In this document: one piece after another, positions 29,244 through 37,784 of the stretch
Position numbering within the stretch: position 1 is the stretch's first letter
Layout: every line of letters begins with the position of its first letter
DNA from: an uncultured Bacilli bacterium
Lineage (GTDB): Bacteria > Bacillota_I > Bacilli_A > RF39 > UBA660
Direction: 5' to 3'
Assembly: GCA_944359065.1 (NCBI GenBank)
Contig: CALVSP010000002.1
Span: 1 to 61,678 of the forward strand
Length of the DNA: 61,678 nt
Program-made: the position numbers and the translations under genes
Notes under the pieces: model-generated
The model's input: only the letters and a program-made list of their open reading frames with translations
What the model was told of the DNA's origin: nothing
Database searches by the model: none

Positions 29244-30397
29244 ATATTATTTTTATAAAATTTTATTGTAAATGTACTACCAACATCTTCTTTAGAAGAC
29301 ACTTCAATAATACCATTTTGTAAATTAATTATTTTTTTACTCATATTAAGACCAATACCGATACTTTCTTTATTATGACTTCCTTTATAAAAGCGTTCAA
29401 AAATATGTTTTATATCTTTTTTATTTATCCCAACACCATTATCAATTATTTTTATTTCTGTATAAAGAGGATTAGTACTTCCAATTATTTCTATTTTATC
29501 TTTAGTGTGTTCACAAGCATTTTTAATTATGTTGAGTAATGCTTCAACAGTCCAATTAATATCGACATTTAAATCAACATCTTCAATTTTTTTAACTAGT
29601 TTTATATTTTTTAATTCTAATAAAACATTAATAGGCTCGATTGATTTAGTAATTAATTCTTTTAATTTAATCTTTTCTTTTTTCAACTTAACTGTACCAC
29701 TTTCTAGTCGTGATAATTTAAGTAAACTAGTAACCAACCATTCTATTCTTTCGATTTGGTTTTTATTTTTAATTAAAAATTCTTTTTTAATATTTTCATT
29801 TGATTCATTACTTAAAATATCATTTATCATATACATACTAGTTAAAGGTGTTTTTATTTGATGTGATATATCTTGTAAAGTTTCTTCTAAATACTTCTTT
29901 TCTTTAGTCAATAATTCACTTTGTTCTTTTAATTTAATAGTCATTTTATATATGTCATTTTTTAAATTACTAATGTCACCTTCACAATATTCTTTAATAT
30001 CGATTGAATAGTCATCATTTAAAATATTATTCATATATTTATCAATCTTACTTATTTTTTTATAAATATTTCTTATATATATAAAATTAACTAAAAATAA
30101 TATTACAAAACTAATTAATCCATATAATAAAATAATTGTATTATTGTTTTTAACTTCAATTAAATTATATTCTTTAATAAAATTATTACCTAATTCATAA
30201 TTATCTTTAATTAAATAACTAGTTATAATATCTTCTTTTAATTCTGGATGTTTTTCTAATAAAGTTCCTATTAAATAACTATCATTAGTTATCATTTGTT
30301 GTTTATAATTATTATTAATAATATTACTTATAATAAAATAAAACAAAATCAAAATTATTATTAAAATAAAATTAATAATGAAATAATTTTTATTCAT
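29240..30397 (-). CDS. Sensor histidine kinase (two TM segments, short extracytoplasmic loop)
   Basis: H-box DISHQIKTPLTSM and ATPase G-box GIGLNMSKKI. The start at 30397 overlaps the RR stop. Confidence 0.85.
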   Translation of the reverse strand: MNKNYFIINFILIIILILFYFIISNIINNNYKQQMITNDSYLIGTLLEKHPELKEDIITSYLIKDNYELGNNFIKEYNLIEVKNNNTIILLYGLISFVILFLVNFIYIRNIYKKISKIDKYMNNILNDDYSIDIKEYCEGDISNLKNDIYKMTIKLKEQSELLTKEKKYLEETLQDISHQIKTPLTSMYMINDILSNESNENIKKEFLIKNKNQIERIEWLVTSLLKLSRLESGTVKLKKEKIKLKELITKSIEPINVLLELKNIKLVKKIEDVDLNVDINWTVEALLNIIKNACEHTKDKIEIIGSTNPLYTEIKIIDNGVGINKKDIKHIFERFYKGSHNKESIGIGLNMSKKIINLQNGIIEVSSKEDVGSTFTIKFYKNNI

Positions 30398-31055
30398 TGT
30401 TATCACCAATTTTATAGCCTATTCCCCTTACTGTTAAAATAATTTTAGGATTAGTTACATCATCTTCTATTTTTTCTCTTATTCTTTTTATATAAACAGT
30501 TAAAGTATTATCATAAACATATTCTTCATTAACATCCCAAATATCGGCTAAAATTCTTTCTCTTGTAAATACTTGATTAGGATTTAAGGCTAAAGTTAAT
30601 AATATTTTATATTCTAAAGCAGTTAAATTAACATCTTTGCCATTTTTAAATACTTTAGCTTGTTTTAAATCGATTACTATATTTTTAATCTTTATAACAT
30701 CAAAATTATTATTTCTTCTTAAAACATTTTTTATTCTTGATATTAATTCTCTTGTTTTAAACGGTTTAGTTACATAATCATCCGCTCCCATATCTAGTCC
30801 CATAACAATTGAAGGCTCTAAATCATTAGCAGTTAAGAATATAATGGGAATATTTTTTATTTCTTTTATTTTCTTAAATAAATCAAAACCATTTATATCT
30901 GGTAAATTAACATCTAATAAGATTAAGGAAACATTATCTAATTTATTTAAGCTATCTAAACCAATTGCTTCAACTACTTCAAAGTTTTCATATTCTAAAC
31001 AATATTTTAACCCACTTCTTATAGTTGCGTCATCTTCTATAATTAATATTTTCAT
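30390..31055 (-). CDS. OmpR-family response regulator
   Basis: The receiver domain has LLDVNLPDING. The winged-helix C-terminus has LTVRGIGYK. Confidence 0.9.
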   Translation of the reverse strand: MKILIIEDDATIRSGLKYCLEYENFEVVEAIGLDSLNKLDNVSLILLDVNLPDINGFDLFKKIKEIKNIPIIFLTANDLEPSIVMGLDMGADDYVTKPFKTRELISRIKNVLRRNNNFDVIKIKNIVIDLKQAKVFKNGKDVNLTALEYKILLTLALNPNQVFTRERILADIWDVNEEYVYDNTLTVYIKRIREKIEDDVTNPKIILTVRGIGYKIGDNNE

Positions 31056-31098
31056 AATTCCACCTAATTAAATTATACACTAAATATATAAAAATTGA

Positions 31099-31114
31099 TA
31101 TGACAATTTTGTAA
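31099..31114. promoter_or_regulatory. BceR-like box 4 upstream of the response-regulator gene
   Basis: ATGACAATTTTGTAAT. Confidence 0.4.
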
Positions 31115-31118
31115 TTTT

Positions 31119-31140
31119 AAAACATCGAATAAATCGATGT
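31119..31140 (-). terminator. Hairpin terminator after 31141..31650
   Basis: ACATCGA-TTTAT-TCGATGT followed by a short T-run on the minus strand. Confidence 0.4.
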
Positions 31141-31650
31141 CTAAAACACATTTTTTAATATTCCAAAAGATAATATCATCATAATAATTCCCGCCATTAA
31201 AACACCGGCCATAGCAGCAATTGCGGATTTCTTTTTATTCATACCTAATAGTGATGCTAAAAAGCAACCTGTCCAAGCACCAGTACCCGGCAAAGGAATT
31301 CCAACAAATAACAATAATCCTAAATAACCATATTTATCCAATTGTTCTCTTTTACTTAGACATTTCTTTTCAATTTTATTAATTAATTTATCAAAAAAAT
31401 TAATTTTTCTTAATATTTTAAATATTAATTCTAAAAAATATAATGCAATCGGAATAACGATAATATTACCTAACAAACAAATAATAAAACTATTTTTCGG
31501 ATCCATATTTAATAAAGCAGCGGCTAAAATGCCACCTCTTAGTTCTAAAATTGGCATCATCGATATTAAAAATATCAATATCTCTTTTCCATAAGCAAGA
31601 TTAGTTATTCCCCCAAATAAACTTAAAAATATTTCAACAATTTTCTCCAT
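31141..31650 (-). CDS. Small multidrug-export-like membrane protein (COG2426-like)
   Basis: 169 aa with MPILELRGGILAA and the GIPLPGTGAWTG motif. Confidence 0.6.
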   Translation of the reverse strand: MEKIVEIFLSLFGGITNLAYGKEILIFLISMMPILELRGGILAAALLNMDPKNSFIICLLGNIIVIPIALYFLELIFKILRKINFFDKLINKIEKKCLSKREQLDKYGYLGLLLFVGIPLPGTGAWTGCFLASLLGMNKKKSAIAAMAGVLMAGIIMMILSFGILKNVF

Positions 31651-31653
31651 TAA

Positions 31654-32187
31654 TTAACTCCTTATCAATTTAGCTAAATTATTATAATCTTTATATAATT
31701 GCTCTTTTTCATCATCAGTTAATGCTTCACCATTATAAGAAATAATACTTCCAAATTTATTCCCCATAACTTTACCATCTTTTATAAAATAAACATCAGG
31801 AACTGACAATACTTTTTCTTCTTCTTCATTTGATTGTAAATAACTATCTAAAATACCTAATATTTTAGCAAAATCTTCATCATTATCTTTATCAGGAACA
31901 GTATTAGGATCAAAATAATAAATAGTTAATTCATTATCTTTACCAACTTGCAATAATGTTTCAACAACACTTCTTGTTACATTATCACTAGCAATTCCAA
32001 AAAATAAAATACCTGTTTTGTTTTTTAAAACATCAACTGTTTCTTTCGCATTAATATATTTTATTTTATTATCTTTACTAATATTAACTTCTATTCCTTC
32101 TTCTTTTTCATATTCATTTTTAAATTTATTAATATCATTGCCACAACCAACTAAAAATATTAATAAAACTAACAATAACTTTTTCAT
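31654..32187 (-). CDS. Lipoprotein, hypothetical (degenerate thioredoxin-like?)
   Basis: Lipobox LVGCG. There is no CxxC motif. Confidence 0.5.
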   Translation of the reverse strand: MKKLLLVLLIFLVGCGNDINKFKNEYEKEEGIEVNISKDNKIKYINAKETVDVLKNKTGILFFGIASDNVTRSVVETLLQVGKDNELTIYYFDPNTVPDKDNDEDFAKILGILDSYLQSNEEEEKVLSVPDVYFIKDGKVMGNKFGSIISYNGEALTDDEKEQLYKDYNNLAKLIRS

Positions 32188-32194
32188 ATCTCAC

Positions 32195-32602
32195 CTACTC
32201 GCAAGTATAACCTTGTTCTTTTAAAGACCTAACTAAATCTGTTCTACTTTTTTTAATATTAAACTTATCTAATATATCTTCACTACTATCCATTGGTACA
32301 TCATATTCTACTTTATATTGGTTTTCATTATCAACTAAAACATTATATTTTACAAAAGAATAATTATTTTGTGTTTCAAGTGATAATTTAATTGAAGATA
32401 TTGTATTTTTATCAGTATCAGTATTATCGTAACTTATTTTTATATCTTCAATTATATCATTTTTAAATCCAAAGGTATAGGTAGTTGTAGTAGTTAAAGT
32501 ATTAGCCACTTCTTTTTTATAACAACTTTTAACTAAATAACCACTATTTTCAAAACAACCAGTTAATATAAAACAACTAAATATTATAATTAATTTTTTC
32601 AT
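32195..32602 (-). CDS. Lipoprotein, hypothetical
   Basis: Lipobox LTGCF; 135 aa. Confidence 0.5.
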   Translation of the reverse strand: MKKLIIIFSCFILTGCFENSGYLVKSCYKKEVANTLTTTTTYTFGFKNDIIEDIKISYDNTDTDKNTISSIKLSLETQNNYSFVKYNVLVDNENQYKVEYDVPMDSSEDILDKFNIKKSRTDLVRSLKEQGYTCE

Positions 32603-32605
32603 ATT

Positions 32606-34720
32606 TTACCTTTCTAATAATGATAAAGAAACTTTATTTTTTTCTAAATTAATATCATCGACATAACAATCTACTATATCTCCTACGTTAACAACTTCCA
32701 TTGGATGTTTAATATATTTATTTGTTAGTTTAGAGATATGGGCTAAGCCATCATTTTTTAAACCAATATCAATAAATACGCCAAAATCAACAACATTTCT
32801 AACTGTTCCTTGTAATTTCATTCCAACTTGTAAATCTTCAATATGTAATATATCACTTCTTAAAATTGGCTTAGGCATATCATCACGAGGATCACGATTT
32901 GGTTTTTGTAATGATTCAACTATATCTTGTAAAGTATAAATATCCGTATTTAATTTTTTACTATATTCATCAATATCGATATCGATTTTTAATTTACCTA
33001 AATCATTAATATTTAAATGTAACATATCTAATAATTTTAAAGTTATATCATAACTTTCTGGATGGATACTTGTTACATCTAAAGGATTAGTTCCCTCAGT
33101 AACTCTTAAAAAACCGATTGCTTGTTCATATGTTTTATCAGATAATATTTTTTTTAATTCATTTCTATTTTTTATTCTATTTTTATTACGATATTCTAAT
33201 ATCTTTTCAATATTTTTTTTAGTTATACCTGATACATATTTGAATAAAGAAGGACTTGCCGTATTAACATTAACACCAACTTTATTAACGGCACTACTAA
33301 CAACAAAATCTAAACTTTCTGTTAATCTTTTGTTAGAAACATCGTGTTGGTATAAACCTACACCAATACTTTCAGGTTCTATTTTAACTAATTCCGCTAA
33401 AGGATCTTGTAATCTTCTTCCGATACTAATTGCACTTCTTTTTTCAACAGTTAAATCTGGAAATTCTTCAATCGCTATTTTACTAGCAGAATAAACACTA
33501 GCTCCTGCTTCACTTACAATTATATATTCAACTTTTTTGTCACAATCTTTAATTACATCAGCAATAAACGCTTCACTTTCTCTTGATGCTGTACCATTAC
33601 CAATAGCAATAATATCAATATTATATTTTTTAATCAAATCTAAGACAATTTTTTTTGCTTCATCATATTTTTTTACTGGTTCGTGAGGATAAATTACAGC
33701 TATTTCTAAGGCTTGACCGACTGGTGATAAAACAGCTAATTTACAACCGGTACGATAAGCCGGATCTAAACCTAATACCATCTTATCTTTCATCGGTGGT
33801 TGCAATAATAATTTTTCTAAATTTTTACCAAAATTGTCGATTGCTACTTCATCCGCTTTTTCCGTTAAATCACTTCTTATTTCTCTTTCAATCGAAGGAG
33901 CAATTAATCTTTTATAAGCATCAGTTATAGCATCTATTACTATATCAACTACCAAAGATTTATCATTTTTAATTATCTTTGATTTTAAATTATTAATTAT
34001 ATCATCTTTGTTAATATCGATATTAACTATAATTACTTTTTCTTTTTCTGCTCGATTGATAGCTAAAATACGATGTGGTTTAATTTCTCTTACTTTTTCT
34101 TGATAATCATAATACATTTCATATACTTTATTTTCATCAACAGCATCTTTTTTTAATTTAGTAACAATTACACCATTTCTAAATGTATAATTTCTAATTG
34201 ATTTACGATAACTAGCATTATCACTTATCCATTCAGCAATAATATATTTTGCCCCCATTATCGCTTCATCAACAGTTTTTACTTTATCATTAATAAATTT
34301 AGAATAATCAATTTCTTTTAAAGGAAATGACATAATTATTTTAGCCAATGGTTCTAGTCCATTATTAATAGCATCAGTTGCTTTAGTTTTTTTCTTTTCT
34401 TTAAATGGACGATATAAATCTTCCACTTCCACTAATTTACTAGCATTTAAAATACTATTTTTTAATTCATCTGTTAGTAATCCTTTTTCATCGATTAATC
34501 TAATAACATCTTCTTTTCTTTTTAATAAATTAACTTGATATTCATATATTTCATTAATTTTTCTTATTTGTTCCTCATCTAAAGCACCAGTTGCTTCTTT
34601 TCTGTATCTTGCTATAAATGGTATTGTATTACCACTACTTAATAAGTCCAAAACTGTTTCAACTTGTTTTGGTTTTATATTTAGTTCTATACTTGTATTT
34701 TTAATTATATCTTGATTCAT
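32606..34720 (-). CDS. tex: Tex-like transcription accessory protein (YqgF/HhH/S1 domains)
   Basis: 704 aa. It starts with an N-terminal IPFIARYRKE and ends with a C-terminal S1 domain (GTVRNVVDFGVFIDIG). Confidence 0.9.
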   Translation of the reverse strand: MNQDIIKNTSIELNIKPKQVETVLDLLSSGNTIPFIARYRKEATGALDEEQIRKINEIYEYQVNLLKRKEDVIRLIDEKGLLTDELKNSILNASKLVEVEDLYRPFKEKKKTKATDAINNGLEPLAKIIMSFPLKEIDYSKFINDKVKTVDEAIMGAKYIIAEWISDNASYRKSIRNYTFRNGVIVTKLKKDAVDENKVYEMYYDYQEKVREIKPHRILAINRAEKEKVIIVNIDINKDDIINNLKSKIIKNDKSLVVDIVIDAITDAYKRLIAPSIEREIRSDLTEKADEVAIDNFGKNLEKLLLQPPMKDKMVLGLDPAYRTGCKLAVLSPVGQALEIAVIYPHEPVKKYDEAKKIVLDLIKKYNIDIIAIGNGTASRESEAFIADVIKDCDKKVEYIIVSEAGASVYSASKIAIEEFPDLTVEKRSAISIGRRLQDPLAELVKIEPESIGVGLYQHDVSNKRLTESLDFVVSSAVNKVGVNVNTASPSLFKYVSGITKKNIEKILEYRNKNRIKNRNELKKILSDKTYEQAIGFLRVTEGTNPLDVTSIHPESYDITLKLLDMLHLNINDLGKLKIDIDIDEYSKKLNTDIYTLQDIVESLQKPNRDPRDDMPKPILRSDILHIEDLQVGMKLQGTVRNVVDFGVFIDIGLKNDGLAHISKLTNKYIKHPMEVVNVGDIVDCYVDDINLEKNKVSLSLLER

Positions 34721-34777
34721 AATTACCTTCCTAACTATTAAATTATATCATACGGCAGACTGCGTCCGCAACCTAAC

Positions 34778-34806
34778 TTGCAAACTTTCTAAAACTAATA
34801 TATAAT
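34778..34806 (+). promoter_or_regulatory. Consensus-like plus-strand promoter without an ORF
   Basis: TTGCAA (34778-34783), 17 nt, TATAAT (34801-34806). Confidence 0.45.
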
Positions 34807-34959
34807 AACATTTACAAATTTCAACTGTCAGAAAAAAGGCCGACCTATATAAGTCCTTTTCTTAATAAAAATTAAGTTTTTCACGTTAGAATTATAAGAT
34901 TCAATATTATACAGTTGAACATAATAAACAAGTTTATTCTCATGTATCTTCATATGGGG

Positions 34960-34980
34960 AAAAGGGCATTTTGCCTTTTT
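34960..34980 (+). terminator. Hairpin + T-run terminator
   Basis: AAAGGGCA-TTT-TGCCTTT (one bulged G) followed by TT. Confidence 0.5.
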
Positions 34981-35041
34981 ATCAAAAACTTGTTTTTTAT
35001 TTATGTTTTTTTAAAGCAATAGCATAAAAAAAGTATTGAAA

Positions 35042-35998
35042 TCAATATTTGTAAACTTCAATAATTGGTCTAATTCCTAATGTTTCAATACTTACATCAG
35101 TTATTTTTATATCATTTTTAACAACACTCCAAGCATAAAATGATTTGTTAGTAGCAGTACTTAACCAATAACCAGAACTACTAGTTAAATTATCATATAA
35201 ATACTTTTTATCTTTAAACTTATAAACATCATTATAACTAGGTAACGTAGCTCTTAATTTTTCATAAACATCATCATATGCTTTATCTTTATTTTCATCA
35301 CTTATCTTAACATTTCTTTCTTCTAAATTAGTCCAATCATCTGTTTCCTTTTTTAAATAAGTTAATGCTTCCGTTGGTCCATCTGAATTGTCTGATGGTG
35401 CATACATAATATTATTAACTAAATTTCTATCCATAATTAATTTAACTTTTTCGCCATCATCTTCTAAAACATAAAACTTATATGTATCAACATCATTTAC
35501 TTGAATTAATAAAGTAGTTCCTGATTCACATATTCCTTCATTTACACAATCATCTACTTCCGTTATGTTTAAATTTAAATCGATTGTCGCTAAATCTTTT
35601 AATAATAAACCTTTTTCAACTTCTATTTTTTGATTTTTTATTGTTTCATATAAATTATTATATTCATCGGTATTTTGTTCATATATTTTATCGTAAAAAT
35701 AATAACTGCCAATATCATTAATCGAACATTTATGTAATAATATTTTATCTTCATTAGAATAATATATTTCTTGACAAGATACTAATGATTCTAATTTTGA
35801 ATTAAGCCAATCAGTATCAATTTTAGTTGTTTCTAATAAATAATTATTATTTTTAATTGTCGATAAAACTTGATTACTATAATCTCTTAAAGTATTTTCA
35901 TAAGGATTAGTTTCTACTTTTTTAAAATATTCATTATAAACAAAATAACCAACAAAAACTATCAATATTAAAGTCAAAATCACACTTAATTTTTTCAT
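35042..35998 (-). CDS. N-terminally anchored hypothetical protein
   Basis: 318 aa. The C-terminal module is GYWLSTA...WSV...GIRPIIEV. Confidence 0.5.
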   Translation of the reverse strand: MKKLSVILTLILIVFVGYFVYNEYFKKVETNPYENTLRDYSNQVLSTIKNNNYLLETTKIDTDWLNSKLESLVSCQEIYYSNEDKILLHKCSINDIGSYYFYDKIYEQNTDEYNNLYETIKNQKIEVEKGLLLKDLATIDLNLNITEVDDCVNEGICESGTTLLIQVNDVDTYKFYVLEDDGEKVKLIMDRNLVNNIMYAPSDNSDGPTEALTYLKKETDDWTNLEERNVKISDENKDKAYDDVYEKLRATLPSYNDVYKFKDKKYLYDNLTSSSGYWLSTATNKSFYAWSVVKNDIKITDVSIETLGIRPIIEVYKY

Positions 35999-36070
35999 AC
36001 TATCACCAATATAATGATATCATATTTTATTTTTTTATTCAACAAAAAAATTCTATATAAATAGAACTTT

Positions 36071-36349
36071 TTAATTGTTATTATAATATTCTTCAATAAC
36101 TGAATCAACCATTTCATTATCGTTTACTTGCGTATTATTTTTACGATTATTATTAATATCAACAAAATTCATAATTATTACAACAAAACCTATAATAACG
36201 ATTATAAATATAAAAATAATTACTGCTAAATAACCGATGCCAACACCTTTTAAAATCTTTGCATCTTTTTTAGAATCTCCTTCAACATAACGTTCCTCTT
36301 CAGGAACATATTTTTCATCTACTCCAACATATTGCCCATTTTTTTTCAT
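36071..36349 (-). CDS. Small hypothetical membrane protein
   Basis: 92 aa with a single central TM. Confidence 0.45.
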   Translation of the reverse strand: MKKNGQYVGVDEKYVPEEERYVEGDSKKDAKILKGVGIGYLAVIIFIFIIVIIGFVVIIMNFVDINNNRKNNTQVNDNEMVDSVIEEYYNNN

Positions 36350-36351
36350 AA

Positions 36352-36681
36352 CTAATCCTCCACAACTACGGCGGTACCAGTAGCAACAACTAATAACATA
36401 ACGCCGTTTTCATTTACACTAATAGTTTCAACATCAATTTTTATTCCTATTAAACCATTAGCCCCAATTTTTTTAGCCCTATCCATCATTTCTTTAACAG
36501 CATCAGCTCTGGCATTAACAATTTCTTCTTCATATTCTTTAGATCTACCACCAACAAAATTAGTGATACTAGCTAAAAAATCTTTAGTAAAATTAACACC
36601 ATTTACTACTTCGCCGAAGACAATTCCTCGATATTCTTTAATCTTTTTTCCTTCTAATGTAGAAGTTGTCGACATCAACAT
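36352..36681 (-). CDS. YbjQ/UPF0145-family protein
   Basis: 109 aa with EYRGIVFGEVV...GANGLIGIKID. Confidence 0.7.
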   Translation of the reverse strand: MLMSTTSTLEGKKIKEYRGIVFGEVVNGVNFTKDFLASITNFVGGRSKEYEEEIVNARADAVKEMMDRAKKIGANGLIGIKIDVETISVNENGVMLLVVATGTAVVVED

Positions 36682-36685
36682 AAAA

Positions 36686-37171
36686 TCACCTTCCTAAAAA
36701 TCTTTTTTTACTTTCTTCTATTAAATTTAAAGCCTTATCAGTATCATAATAATCATAAACTTTTACTTCGATATTTTGTAATGTTTTATAATTTTGAAAA
36801 AAGTTTTTAATTTCTTCTAAAGTAAAATTAGATAAATCATTTAAACATTTAACATCATTATATCGTGGATCAACATCAACTACCGATATTACTTTATAGT
36901 CTTCATGACCATTATCAATAACTGATAAATAACCGATTACACGCGCTGGAACGACACAGCCAGGAAAAGTCGGTTCTGATGAAATAACCAATATATCTAA
37001 AGGATCACCATCATTTGCTAAAGTATTTTCAATATATCCATACTCTGCTGGATAAGTCATTGCTGAATATAATACCCGATCTAATTTTATCCGATTAGAT
37101 TTCTTATCAATCTCAAATTTATTTTTAGTTTTTAAAGGAATCTCAATTATAGCATCGACAACATTATTCAT
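36686..37171 (-). CDS. ppa: Inorganic pyrophosphatase, family I
   Basis: IEIP...K(F/Y)E, YPAEYGYI and DGDPLDILV. Confidence 0.9.
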   Translation of the reverse strand: MNNVVDAIIEIPLKTKNKFEIDKKSNRIKLDRVLYSAMTYPAEYGYIENTLANDGDPLDILVISSEPTFPGCVVPARVIGYLSVIDNGHEDYKVISVVDVDPRYNDVKCLNDLSNFTLEEIKNFFQNYKTLQNIEVKVYDYYDTDKALNLIEESKKRFLGR

Positions 37172-37784
37172 TTACTTCCTCCTTAAAATTTTTAATAAAT
37201 TCATTATATGCTTTAGTTTCTAATTTTAAATCATATTTTAGTTTTTTATTAGTTACATCATTTAAAAATTGTTTAACTAAATGAGGATTTCTAACTAAAA
37301 TTGGGCCTAAAATATAAGTACCATAAAAATTGTTGTATCTAATTATATCTCTATCACTATATTCACTATTATAACTATTGTTATTAATAAAACCTAATAT
37401 TTTATTAGAATAAACTTCCTCCATTTTTCTACTACCTTTAATAACTTCATAATCAAATATATTTAAAGCTTTACTATCTTCTATTTTCTTACCAAACATA
37501 TCGACACTATTACCAGTTACCAACATAAACTTATTATCTTCAAGATACTTTTTTATATCATTTTTATATTTAGATAAATGTTTTAAGGCTATTAATAAAT
37601 TATCTTCAGTACCTGATCCAATATAAACTAAATCATATTTATTAAATTCTAATTCATCATTAATAGATAAATACAATATTTCGTGTTTAATTTTATTATA
37701 TTTTAAAATATTACTAATTATTTTAATGTTTCCTGATTCCCCATATAAATTAAGAAAGTCATAATATAAATACGCTATTTTCAT
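37164..37784 (-). CDS. gatD: GatD-like (CobQ-type amidotransferase fold) partner of MurT, lacking any cysteine
   Basis: 206 aa, 4-nt overlap with murT. It is colinear with GatD (NLYGESGNI, GFxN, GTYxxGPIL). VTGNS replaces the nucleophile-Cys motif. Confidence 0.6.
   Translation of the reverse strand: MKIAYLYYDFLNLYGESGNIKIISNILKYNKIKHEILYLSINDELEFNKYDLVYIGSGTEDNLLIALKHLSKYKNDIKKYLEDNKFMLVTGNSVDMFGKKIEDSKALNIFDYEVIKGSRKMEEVYSNKILGFINNNSYNSEYSDRDIIRYNNFYGTYILGPILVRNPHLVKQFLNDVTNKKLKYDLKLETKAYNEFIKNFKEEVNE

Noticed and set aside
14594-33930. Track ORFs 14594..14803, 15455..15661, 16407..16721, 18669..18971, 20468..20665, 24786..24995, 26185..26367, 29505..29861, 30844..31071, 32018..32224, 33240..33494 and 33655..33930.
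   Set aside because: These are antisense shadow ORFs inside well-supported minus-strand genes, or, for 14594..14803, mostly in an AT-rich intergenic stretch. They have no RBS and low-complexity products.
34941-35021. A 26-aa ORF (MYLHMGKRAFCLFIKNLFFIYVFLKQ) inside the candidate sRNA region.
   Set aside because: It has no Shine-Dalgarno sequence, and the frame runs through the terminator hairpin. It is more likely non-coding.
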